64,000 nucleotides of DNA from the NCBI GenBank assembly GCA_963737655.1, contig CAVTTN010000002.1:3168001-3232000 (forward strand), in the 5' to 3' direction. A model generated the notes under the pieces. It was not told the DNA's origin. It saw nothing but the letters and a program-made list of their open reading frames with translations, and did no database searches. Position 1 is the stretch's first letter, and each line of letters begins with the position of its first letter. The DNA is from an uncultured Planctomycetota bacterium (GTDB lineage Bacteria; Planctomycetota; Planctomycetia; Isosphaerales; Isosphaeraceae). Below, piece after piece: positions 52,371 to 61,175 of the stretch. Made by a program: the position numbers and the translations under genes.

Positions 52371-53422
52371 AGGAGACGAATCGCCACGTTTCCACGTCTT
52401 GCCGCGAACCGGCCGACGATCGCCGCCGAGGAGAGCCCTCTCGATCGCAATCCTTCCATCAACCGATCCACCGATCCTGGATCCACGGCGATCAGCAAGC
52501 CTCCGGATGTTTGCGCGTCGAAGGCATACTCGATCCCGAGCGGCTCGGCCGCCTCGTCGATCTCGATCCGTCCTTCCAGGAATTCGCGGTTGCTCTTGCT
52601 GGCACGGTTGTGGTTTTTCGGGGTCGCGAGCGGCTCGGAGCCCTCGATCCTCGGCAAGAGTCGCGAATCGAGCTCCAGGGTGAGCCCGGAGCCTTCGGCC
52701 ATCTCCGAGCCGTGGCCGGCGAGGCCGAACCCGGTCACGTCGGTCATCGCGTGGACCCCTCCGGCCTCCCGGACGGCGTCTCGCCCCTCGGCATTCAGCC
52801 GGATCATCGAGGCGACGGCCGCGTCGAGGACGTCGGGGGGGCAGTCCCCCTTCTTGTTCGCCGTGGTCACGAACCCCGTGCCCAGCGGCTTGGTCAGGAT
52901 CGCGACGTCCCCGATCCGGGCCGAGGCGTTGGTGAGGATCTCCGCCGGCAGGACGAGTCCGGTCACGCTCAGGCCGAACTTGACCTCGGAATCGCGGACC
53001 GAATGGCCCCCCACCGTGACCGCCCCGGCCAGGGTCACGCGATCGGCGGCCCCCCGGAGGATCTCGGCGAGGATCGAGAGCGGCAACTCGTTGTCCGGGA
53101 ACCCGACGATGTTCATGGCCGTCAGGGGGCGGCCGTTCATGGCGTAGACATCCGAAAGCGCATTGGCGGCGGCGATCTGGCCGAAGACGAACGGGTCGTC
53201 CACCAGCGGGGGGAAGAAGTCCAGGGTCTGGACCAGGGCCGAGCCGTCGGGCAACAGATAAACGCCCGCGTCGTCGGACGTCTCGGTCCCCACGAGCAGG
53301 TTCGGGTCGAGCGGGCGAGGCGGCAGCTCGCGCAGGACCTGCGCGATCCCCAGGGGGGAGAGCTTGCCGGCTCACCCGGCGCAGTTCGCATAATCCAGGA
53401 GACGCTTGAGCTTGCCGGACAT
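52367..53422 (-). CDS. selD: Selenide, water dikinase SelD, selenocysteine-containing (U17)
   Basis: MSGKLKRLLDYANCAG-TGA-AGKLSPLG...DPNLLVGTETSDDAGVY reads in frame into the 52367..53293 ORF (DFFPPLVDDP, AANALSDVYAM, GGHS, TDVTGFGL, DAQTSGGLL). The TGA (53372-53374) is codon 17 with Lys at 20. Confidence 0.95.
53328..53346 (-). promoter_or_regulatory. Bacterial SECIS-like hairpin of selD
   Basis: UCGCGCAG-GUC-CUGCGCGA, a perfect 8-bp stem with G-initiated loop, starting 25 nt 3' of the UGA. Confidence 0.75.
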
Positions 53423-53469
53423 GAATGGATCGGCCTCGACCGGAAAGAGGCCGCCCCGCCCGGCCTCGA

Positions 53470-53709
53470 CTACGGGCCGAGGGCCTCGGCGACGGCCCGG
53501 ATGAGCGTGTCTTCGTCCGGGAATTTCCCGGTCTTGAGCTTGGAATAGAACAGTTTCCCGCCGACGGTCAGCTCGAAGCATCCCCCCTTCGAGGGGATCA
53601 TCGTGTATCGAGAAATCGCCGTCTTGAACCGGGGCAAGAGCTTCGCCGTCAAACTGACGGCCTGGGGTTCGTAGCCTCAAAGGGCGCAGTATTCGAGCGA
53701 GACGTCCAC
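53470..53709 (-). CDS. Rdx (SelW/SelT/SelH-like) selenoprotein with CxxU motif
   Basis: GGAGG SD, then GTG: VDVSLEYCAL-TGA-GYEPQAVSLTAKLL...MIPSKGGCFELTVGGKLFYSKLKTGKFPDEDTLI. The TGA at 53677-53679 is in frame with ORF 53470..53652. Alternative start ATG 53715. Confidence 0.92.
53645..53661 (-). promoter_or_regulatory. Bacterial SECIS-like hairpin of the Rdx gene
   Basis: GCCGUCA-GUU-UGACGGC, a perfect 7-bp stem with G-initiated loop, starting 15 nt 3' of the UGA. Confidence 0.75.
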
Positions 53710-53780
53710 GATCATCCTCCCGAGATGGACGAGGCTTTCTTGCAAGGTCATGATCATTCTACCCGAGTCCGCCGGGGACG

Positions 53781-54236
53781 TCATCGTCCCGGATTCGCAT
53801 CGACTGAGTCCAGGAGACGATCCAGGCGAATCCGCAGCGATCTTCGGACGGCCAGGGAGGGCGTCGGGGGCGAGGGCGGGTCGGGTGCCCCGGACGACCA
53901 GGGATGCGCCGTCAACCATTCATATTTTTCCGCCATTCGAGACGAATGCTCCTGGAACTGCACGAGCGGCCGGGCCTCGTCTCGCCGTCGGGTCTCCGAA
54001 TCCAGGAATCGCCTCTTCTGATCGGCCGTCCATTCCGGGTCGCAATTGCTGGGTGCCGACAGCAAGTAGAGCTCCAGATCGGTGAAAGGGACCTCTTCGA
54101 GCTGGCGGCGAAACGCCCTTGCCGTCGCCTCGAACCGCGCCGCCCGCCTCCACAGCAGGGCGGGGCCCGCGATCGCGAGCGAGGAGGCGGCCACCAGGAT
54201 CATCGTGCCTCGGCAGGACCAGCGGATCGAGCGCAA
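53781..54236 (-). CDS. Hypothetical membrane-anchored protein
   Basis: GGAGG SD and TTG start at 54236. IRWSCRGTMILVAASSLAIAGPALLW anchor and a late KYEWLTAHPWSSGAPDPP motif. Confidence 0.6.
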   Translation of the reverse strand: MRSIRWSCRGTMILVAASSLAIAGPALLWRRAARFEATARAFRRQLEEVPFTDLELYLLSAPSNCDPEWTADQKRRFLDSETRRRDEARPLVQFQEHSSRMAEKYEWLTAHPWSSGAPDPPSPPTPSLAVRRSLRIRLDRLLDSVDANPGR

Positions 54237-54262
54237 GACCCACCTCCGGCCGCGTCTCGGAT

Positions 54263-55483
54263 TCAAGGCGAGGAGGCCACGTCGAGCTCGCCCCGGGGCT
54301 CGACCGGACGGGCGAGGATGGCGGCCTCGGGCGGGGGGTCGGGTGGGGCGAGGACCTCGAACTCGACGAGCGATTCCTTCAGCGAGGGCGCGATCGGGGG
54401 TTGCCAGGCGTAACTCATGAGGTCGGCCCATCGGTGGAGCCCGGGGACCTGCTGGAAGATCAGCTTCATGGCCACGGCGAACGGCATGGCCAGGACCAGC
54501 CCGACCAGCCCCCAGAGGAAGCCCCAGAACAGGCAGGCGATCAGGACGGTCGTCCCGTTCAGGTCGAGCGATCGCCCCATCACGTAGGGCGTGACCACGT
54601 AGCCCTCGATCCCGAGCAGGGCCACGTAGATCGCGGAGACGATCAGGGCGTCTCCGAACGACTTGCCCTGGAGGACCGTGGCGGCCACGGGCACCGCCCC
54701 TCCCAGGAACTGGCCGACGTAGGGGACGAAATTGGTCAACGCCACGAGCCCGCCCTGCGCCAGGGCGAAGCGGATGCCCATCACCCAGAGGCAGGCGGCG
54801 AACACCAGGCCGAGGGCGATATTGATGAGCGTTCTCGCGATCAAATAGGCGCGCAACTGGTGAACCAGGTCCTTCAGGGCGCGTTCGGCGGCGTGGGCGT
54901 CGCCGGGGGCCGGGGCGAAGAACCTCACGACCTTGGGCCCGAGCATCTCGCTCTCGATCAGGAAGAACAGGGCCAGGACCAGGACGACCAGCCCCTGAAC
55001 GACCACGCCCGAGAGGTCGGCCAGCCGGTCCGAGAGGACGCCGATGAGGAACGTGCGATTGCGGTCGCCGAGGAGGTCGATCGTCCCCGGGTCGGGCAGG
55101 ACCCCCCGGAGGAAGGGCATGTCGTTGGAGAGATCGACGATCCTCTGGGAAATCAGCCCGGAGAGGCGGTCGGCGTCGGCCGGGAGGCTGTTGGTGGCCT
55201 TCACCAGGCTCTCGGCCACGATCGCCGAGGAGTAGAGGCCGAGGACCGTCATCACCGTGAACAGGACCACGGCGGCGCCGGTGGCCCCAAGGGGCAAGTA
55301 GCGGCGGAGCAACGACGTGGCCGGCGAGAGCAGGCAGGCCACCAGCAAGGCGAAGAAGAAGGGGACGAGGATGGCCTTCATCAGGTGGATGGCGGCCATC
55401 GAGCCCAGGACCGCCAGGACCACCAGGGCGGTCCCCGCGGCGTCGCTCCGCTTCGATCGATCGTCTCGTCCGCCGATGGGCAC
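54263..55483 (-). CDS. AI-2E (PerM/UPF0118) family transporter
   Basis: ILVPFFFALLVACLLSP, LRAYLIARTLINI, NFVPYVG, IEGYVVTPYVMGRSLDLN and FWGFLWGLVGLVLAMP. Confidence 0.92.
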   Translation of the reverse strand: MPIGGRDDRSKRSDAAGTALVVLAVLGSMAAIHLMKAILVPFFFALLVACLLSPATSLLRRYLPLGATGAAVVLFTVMTVLGLYSSAIVAESLVKATNSLPADADRLSGLISQRIVDLSNDMPFLRGVLPDPGTIDLLGDRNRTFLIGVLSDRLADLSGVVVQGLVVLVLALFFLIESEMLGPKVVRFFAPAPGDAHAAERALKDLVHQLRAYLIARTLINIALGLVFAACLWVMGIRFALAQGGLVALTNFVPYVGQFLGGAVPVAATVLQGKSFGDALIVSAIYVALLGIEGYVVTPYVMGRSLDLNGTTVLIACLFWGFLWGLVGLVLAMPFAVAMKLIFQQVPGLHRWADLMSYAWQPPIAPSLKESLVEFEVLAPPDPPPEAAILARPVEPRGELDVASSP

Positions 55484-55615
55484 GATGGGCTCGCCTCCGG
55501 GCCGAGGAATCCCCGTTTCATGGTCGCGGATGCCACGGCCGATCGCAAGCCCTCCACCGAACTCCGGCGGTCGAGAACGTGATTGCTCGCCATCCCGACG
55601 CTCCCCATTCGTCCT

Positions 55616-56524
55616 TTACGCGGGCGTTTCGACGATATCCGCTCCTGGACGGTCGACTTTACGCTCCGGGGCCCGGCCCGAGGCTCGTTCGAGCCGATCG
55701 GCGGGGGCGAATCGGCGGAGGAGGGCCTTGAGGGTCGATTCGGCGCCGTCCTCGACGTTCGCGTCGGGGTCGATCGGCCCAGGCCAGCCGAGGCGGACGG
55801 TCCATCCGGCGGATTCGGCCGCTCGGTTGAATCGCTCGAGCACGCGAAGTCCCCAGACGGCCCCCCAGTGGTCGCGGAACCAGGCCCAGAGACGAGCCAG
55901 GCCGGGCTCGGCACGCGATTTCCGACCGATCATCGCCGAGAGCCCGGCCAGTGCAAGGCCGGCGGGGACGAAATCCCAGCAGGCCGCTCGGGTCGCCGGA
56001 GGGCGATCGGCCGCGACCAGCCCGAAGAGCTCGCCGAGCAGCCCGACGCCGAGGAACGCCGCCGAGGGGGCGAATCGCGTGGGCAGGTAGTTCACCACCC
56101 CGGCCCCCGCGACCAGGAGAAAGAACAGGTTCCACGGAAACGCCAGGCGGAGGCGGTCGAGGGGGTCCGTGCCCCCCGCCAGCCCGGAGCCTTCGAGCCA
56201 GGGGAGCAGGAACACCAGGACGAGCAATCCCATGAGGATCGCCCACGCGCCCCCTCCGGGCTTCCGGGCCCCGAACACCGAGACCAGGGCCGCCATCGTG
56301 GCGAGCGAGGCGAGGTACGCGAGGTGGCCGGCGACGGGTCGCCCCGTCTTCAGCGGCTCGTTGATCGCCACGACCTCCGCGGCTAGCGAAATTAGGCAAG
56401 CCGCGCCCGCCCAGGCGATCGCGGGGCGGAGGGGGAGTCCGGAGGCGGAGAGCCACGCTCGGACGATCGCGACGAACGCGAGGGCCAGGGCCAGGGCGAT
56501 CGATCCGTGGAGGAGCGTGGACAC
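55616..56524 (-). CDS. Hypothetical polytopic membrane protein
   Basis: About 7 hydrophobic segments; VFGARKPG..AW, NYLPTR and WAWFRDHWGAVWGLRVLERFN. Co-directional after mlaD. Confidence 0.7.
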   Translation of the reverse strand: MSTLLHGSIALALALAFVAIVRAWLSASGLPLRPAIAWAGAACLISLAAEVVAINEPLKTGRPVAGHLAYLASLATMAALVSVFGARKPGGGAWAILMGLLVLVFLLPWLEGSGLAGGTDPLDRLRLAFPWNLFFLLVAGAGVVNYLPTRFAPSAAFLGVGLLGELFGLVAADRPPATRAACWDFVPAGLALAGLSAMIGRKSRAEPGLARLWAWFRDHWGAVWGLRVLERFNRAAESAGWTVRLGWPGPIDPDANVEDGAESTLKALLRRFAPADRLERASGRAPERKVDRPGADIVETPA

Positions 56525-56564
56525 GACGAGTTTCCGGAGGGCGAACGCGAACCGGCCGTCGCCG

Positions 56565-57671
56565 TCATCGCGACAGGGCGCCTCGCGTGAGGGCCGCCGG
56601 GTCGTTGGCGATCCGTTCGGCGAACCGGTTGATGTTGCCGACGACGGACTTGGCCGACATCATGACTTCCGCGCCTCGGCTGGACATCAATCGCAGATTC
56701 TCATAAAGCTCGGCGTCCATCACGAGCCTCTGGATGGAGCCGTTCGGGTTGAGCCTCCCCTTGCCGTCGCCGAGCTGGGCGGTCAAGAGGCTGAGGTCAT
56801 AGGTCACGCGATTCAGTCGGAAGATCGCCTGGCCGAGGTTCGTCGAGGGGGCCTTGCCGGACTCGGAGCCGAGGTCCCGGGCCACCGGCTGGAAGTCGGC
56901 GAGGATCTTGTCGAGCTTCGAGGTGCCGGAGGCGAGCTGGCGGAGGCTGGCCTGGAGGTTCTGGCGGGTGGGCTCGTCCAGCGTGGCGTTCAGGCTCTCG
57001 CTGGCCTTGCGGATGTTGGCGATGGCGGCGGGGAAGTCGGTCCCGCTGGCCTTGGCCATCTTGGTGAGCTCCTCGGAGAGGCCGCCGACGTTCTGGGCGG
57101 CGTCGTGGATCGAGTCGAGGAAGGCGTCGAGGTTCTTGGTCTTGGCGGCCATCCCGGCGATCCCCTTGGCGGCCTGGTCGATCGAGTCGAGCGTGCCCTT
57201 GACGTTCTGGAACGCCTCGGTGGCGGCGGCCAGGGCGTTGGAGGGGTCCGGGGCGACGGCGCCTTCGATGATCGGCGACTTCCTCGGGTCGTCGCTGGTG
57301 GGCAGGGGGCCGGGGCCCTCGCCCGGGAGCATGTCGATGGAGACGTCGCCGATCAGGGCCCGGGAGATCCTCGGCACCGAGCCGGCGCGGATCGTGTACT
57401 TCTTCTCCAGGGCGAGCGTGACGAGGACGCCGTCGGGCTGGTTCGGCCGGTCGTCGAACCGGATCGACGCGACCTCGCCGATCCGGATCCCGCTCTTGCG
57501 GACCGGGATGCCCTCGGCCACCCCGGGCGCCTCGGAGTAGTGGACCGTCACATACGTCTGGGCCCGGAACAGCGCCGGGCTCTCGCCGAACCAGACGATC
57601 AGCATCGTCAGGACGAGCCCGGCCACGATCACGAACATGCCGATCCGAAACTGCATCACCCGTTCGTTCAT
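56565..57671 (-). CDS. mlaD: MlaD/MCE domain protein with long helical extension
   Basis: FRIGMFVI anchor, APGVAEGIPVRKSGIRIGEV, LIGDVSIDMLPG and GSIQRLVMDAELYENL. Confidence 0.85.
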   Translation of the reverse strand: MNERVMQFRIGMFVIVAGLVLTMLIVWFGESPALFRAQTYVTVHYSEAPGVAEGIPVRKSGIRIGEVASIRFDDRPNQPDGVLVTLALEKKYTIRAGSVPRISRALIGDVSIDMLPGEGPGPLPTSDDPRKSPIIEGAVAPDPSNALAAATEAFQNVKGTLDSIDQAAKGIAGMAAKTKNLDAFLDSIHDAAQNVGGLSEELTKMAKASGTDFPAAIANIRKASESLNATLDEPTRQNLQASLRQLASGTSKLDKILADFQPVARDLGSESGKAPSTNLGQAIFRLNRVTYDLSLLTAQLGDGKGRLNPNGSIQRLVMDAELYENLRLMSSRGAEVMMSAKSVVGNINRFAERIANDPAALTRGALSR

Positions 57672-57759
57672 GTCCGGGCCTCGTGGATTTCCAGGAAGGG
57701 CATGCTACTTGGGGGGGCCTCGCCCGCCCGACACAACCGAGGGTCTCGCCCGCCCGACG

Positions 57760-58593
57760 CTATCGCCGTTGCCCGAGCTCGCGGAGCCTCTCGCCGGCCT
57801 CGCCCCGGACGAACTGGCGGACTCGCCGGTCGGGGTGGTTCTCGAGGTCGTCCGGGGGGCCGTCGTACAACACCTGGGATTCCTCGGGCCCGAGCCGGGG
57901 GACGGGGTAGAGCATCACCACCCGGTCGGCGACCTTGGCCACGGTCTTCATCTCGTGGGTCACGACGATCCCGGTCGTCTTCTTGGCCTTCTGGGTCTGG
58001 AGGATCAGCTCATTGATGACGTCGGTCATGATCGGGTCGAGCCCGGTGGTCGGTTCGTCGTAGAGCATGACCTCGGGGTCCAGCGCCAGGGCCCGCGCGA
58101 TCCCGACTCGCTTGCGCTGGCCCCCGGAGAGCTCGGCCGGCTTCTTGTGCTCGAGGCCATCGGGCAGGCCGACCTCGTGGAGCCGGTCGCCCACGACCTT
58201 GACGATCGTCTCGGGGTCGAACAGGCCGTGCTCCCTCGGCCCGAACGCGACGTTGTCGAAGACCGTGAGGCTGTCGAACAGGGCCGCCCCCTGGAACAGG
58301 AAGCCGAATCGGAGCCGCGTCCGGTTCAGCTCGGCCTCGTTCAGGGAGGCCAGGTCGCGGCCGTCGAAGGCGACCTGCCCGGTCGTGGGCCGGAGCAGGC
58401 CGATCATCAATTTCAGCATGACGGTCTTGCCGCAGCCGCTCTCGCCGATGATGCAGACGGTCTGTCCCGGGTCGATCGCCAGCGAGACGTCTCGGAGGAC
58501 GATCTGACGGCGGAATCGCATCGTCACGCCGCGCAGCTCGACGATCGGCCCGGCCGATCGCTCGGTCCGGGGGGGGGCCGGCGATTCGCTCAT
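57760..58593 (-). CDS. mlaF: MlaF-type ABC transporter ATP-binding protein
   Basis: GESGCGKT, FQGAALFDSLTVFDNV, ELSGGQRKRV and YDEPTTGLDP. ATGA-coupled to mlaE. Confidence 0.9.
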   Translation of the reverse strand: MSESPAPPRTERSAGPIVELRGVTMRFRRQIVLRDVSLAIDPGQTVCIIGESGCGKTVMLKLMIGLLRPTTGQVAFDGRDLASLNEAELNRTRLRFGFLFQGAALFDSLTVFDNVAFGPREHGLFDPETIVKVVGDRLHEVGLPDGLEHKKPAELSGGQRKRVGIARALALDPEVMLYDEPTTGLDPIMTDVINELILQTQKAKKTTGIVVTHEMKTVAKVADRVVMLYPVPRLGPEESQVLYDGPPDDLENHPDRRVRQFVRGEAGERLRELGQRR

Positions 58594-59429
58594 AGCAACC
58601 CGGTGTTTCGAGGCCAGATCGCGTAATAGACCGAATTCCAGACCAGGCCGATGCAGAAGTCGATGAAGAGGATCGCGATGAACGAGTAGACGAACGCCTC
58701 GGTCGCCGCCTTGCCCACCCCTTCGGCCCCGGCCTTGGAGTGGAACCCGCGATGGCACGAGATCAACGCAATCGCCGCGCCAAAGAAGTAGCTCTTGAAC
58801 ACCCCGGCGAACAGGTCCAGGCTGCCGACGTAGCTCCGCGAGTTGTTCCAGTAATGATACGGATCGACGCCCATCATCTGGGTGCTCACCACCGCCCCGC
58901 CGATCACGCCCATGAAGTCGGCCATCAGGGTGAGCAAGGGGATCAAGGTCACGCACGCCAGGAATCGCGGGACGACGAGGTAGCGGACGGGGTTCGTGCC
59001 CAGGGCGCTCAGGGCGTCGATCTGCTCGGTGACTCGCATGGTGCCGAGCTCGGCGGCCATCGACGACCCGACCCGGCCGGCGAGCATCGTCGCGGCGAGG
59101 ACCGGCCCCAGCTCCTTCACGAGCGAGATATTGATGACCGATCCCAGCCGGGTGGCCATCCCCATAGCGGCGAACTGGCTGTAGGCCTGGACCGCCAGGA
59201 CCATCCCGATGAACGTCCCGGTGATCGCCACGACCGGCACGCTGGACACCCCGATGGCATAGAAGCTTGGGAGCATCGTGGACCAACGAGGCAGCTTCCT
59301 GACCATCCAGCCGAGCGTTTCCAGGCTGAACATGGCCATCGCGCCGATCTCGACGACGGCCTCGAATACTCCCTCGCCCAATTTCTGGATCGGGCTCAGG
59401 CCGGGCGATTCGAGCGATCCCACGGCCAT
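58590..59429 (-). CDS. mlaE: MlaE-type ABC transporter permease
   Basis: KELGPVLAATMLAGRVGSSMAAELGTMRVTEQIDAL...YLVVPRF and GAEGVGKAATEAFV. Confidence 0.93.
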   Translation of the reverse strand: MAVGSLESPGLSPIQKLGEGVFEAVVEIGAMAMFSLETLGWMVRKLPRWSTMLPSFYAIGVSSVPVVAITGTFIGMVLAVQAYSQFAAMGMATRLGSVINISLVKELGPVLAATMLAGRVGSSMAAELGTMRVTEQIDALSALGTNPVRYLVVPRFLACVTLIPLLTLMADFMGVIGGAVVSTQMMGVDPYHYWNNSRSYVGSLDLFAGVFKSYFFGAAIALISCHRGFHSKAGAEGVGKAATEAFVYSFIAILFIDFCIGLVWNSVYYAIWPRNTGLL

Positions 59430-59558
59430 TTTGATCGAGGCTCCGCGCAAGTGATACTGACTACTATCCCGACCATGTCGGGAGGGTCGATTCTCCGTTA
59501 TTCTCAACAGATCCCGAAAAAAGGCAAGGCCGATCGATCGCGGTCGAAGGGGAGTGAC

Positions 59559-61175
59559 GTCTCACAAGCACCAACTCCGAAGAGTTGTGGGTTGCCCGGT
59601 TCCCATCGACGCTCACCAGGGTACGCATCTTCAGTAAACAACGTTAATTACTGGACCAGGTCAACTCACATGACACAATTATCCGCATCTATGTTCTACC
59701 AAGTTCCTGAATTTGTTGGAACAAATGGTAAATTCGCTTTACCTCTTCTTCCTCCCTTGATGCTTAATTGGCGGCATACTGAATACGCCGCGTCGCCTTA
59801 TCCACTCGATGATGGCCGCTTGTGTAATTTGGTACAACTCGCGGCAAGCCTGATCGAAAGTGGGGTCTTGAAAGCTGGACATCAACGAATGTCGGATGAA
59901 TTCTGAGCCTCGGAAGTCACCCCGATGAAAATGGGCATTACGAACCGCTTGAGGCCGGAACCACGGTTGTTGCAGTTGATCCGCGATCGACTTTCCCAAC
60001 AAGGCGTCTATGACATGATAAATGTTGTGCTTGTCAAACTTCGGGTCTGGGGGCTTGAGGCATTCGCACGTTGCGACCATCCAAGCAAACCGCGCCGTCT
60101 GGTAATCCTGCTTAAGCGAGAGAGCCAATTGCCACATACTGGCAGCCTGAAGAAATTGCCGTCGTTGCGTGGGAGACAATTCTCTAAAGCCTCGCCAAAG
60201 GTCTAAAATGTCCATGGGAAGATGCAATTCAAGCTGAGTTCCATCGATACCTCTCCGCGAGTATTCTGGCCGGGACACGGGTTCGAGGGGAACCGGATGA
60301 AAGACGCCCTTAGCCGGCATCACGTCTGGCCGCTCCTTCTCAAAGTATCCAAGCCATCGAATTTCACATTCAACACGGCCCGGTGAATTGGCATCATACG
60401 TCCAAGCACGATCAATAAATGTCGGAGAATTAATTTGTGTTCCCATGATAACTGCCAGAAATGTGGCCAATTCATCCAAGACAAGTTTGAATTTAAAGGC
60501 CGCGTAGATTTCATCAATGCCGTTAATGGATGCATCGACTAAGACGATTCGCGGTCCGATCAAGGCGGTTTCGTCTTGCTTGGATGGCGGCCCTAGTCTC
60601 AGCCAGTCTTCTAGCCACAATTCGCCACGCCAAGCAAGTCCCTCATAGGAGAGATGCCCTGCGCGATGGAACTGCTCCATGAAACGCGCCGCGCTGCGTT
60701 CATTGATCACTTGGAAAAAGTCGTTGGCTTGGTCCGAGGGAAACTCTGGCGTTCCAACAGACCGAGCCCGGATCTTGATCGGTCCCTGAGGATTCCGCTC
60801 CCATGCAAGGGCCAACTGCGGTTGACCTGGGCCGCCCGAACTGATCGTGAGGCTTCCGCTATTCTCCGCCGCATCCAGCTGGGTGCTTCCCCAATAACGC
60901 CAACCCCGCCTACCGCACTCTGCAGAGAGATGCTCTAACCAGGTTTCGGCCTGATCGTCAGGAACTTCAAAGCGGATTGGCCAATAGCCGGACTCGAGAC
61001 GCCAGTCATGGACTTGCGCCATTCCGCCGGTCCCATCGGCGACCATGAAGGTTGACTTGCTTTTTGCCTTTGCCATGTGTCCAACACATCCTCTGCCTGA
61101 TTAATAATTAAACTATATTTTGATATGATTTATATTATAAAATACGTATAATAATAATATAATTAGAATGTCTCA
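59559..61175. other. Low-GC horizontally acquired islet
   Basis: Abrupt fall in GC and codon bias between about 59560 and 61170, with an almost pure A/T tract at about 61100-61170. GTCTCA occurs at both edges (59559-59564, 61170-61175). Confidence 0.8.
59739..61076 (-). CDS. Uncharacterised protein with C-terminal HEPN-like (ApeA-like) region
   Basis: 445-aa ORF in the low-GC islet. The helical C-terminus has ARFAWMVATCECL and VRNAHFHRG (Rx4H). Confidence 0.75.
   Translation of the reverse strand: MAKAKSKSTFMVADGTGGMAQVHDWRLESGYWPIRFEVPDDQAETWLEHLSAECGRRGWRYWGSTQLDAAENSGSLTISSGGPGQPQLALAWERNPQGPIKIRARSVGTPEFPSDQANDFFQVINERSAARFMEQFHRAGHLSYEGLAWRGELWLEDWLRLGPPSKQDETALIGPRIVLVDASINGIDEIYAAFKFKLVLDELATFLAVIMGTQINSPTFIDRAWTYDANSPGRVECEIRWLGYFEKERPDVMPAKGVFHPVPLEPVSRPEYSRRGIDGTQLELHLPMDILDLWRGFRELSPTQRRQFLQAASMWQLALSLKQDYQTARFAWMVATCECLKPPDPKFDKHNIYHVIDALLGKSIADQLQQPWFRPQAVRNAHFHRGDFRGSEFIRHSLMSSFQDPTFDQACRELYQITQAAIIEWIRRRGVFSMPPIKHQGRKKR

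Noticed and set aside
53372..53680. 102-aa ORF ending in ...YANCAG as a separate gene
   Set aside because: It is an off-frame read of the Rdx gene running into the first 16 codons of selD.
52367..53715. selD and the Rdx gene as nonsense-mutated pseudogenes
   Set aside because: Both stops are TGA, in frame, at the known Cys/Sec positions and followed by SECIS-like hairpins. Recoding explains this better than decay.
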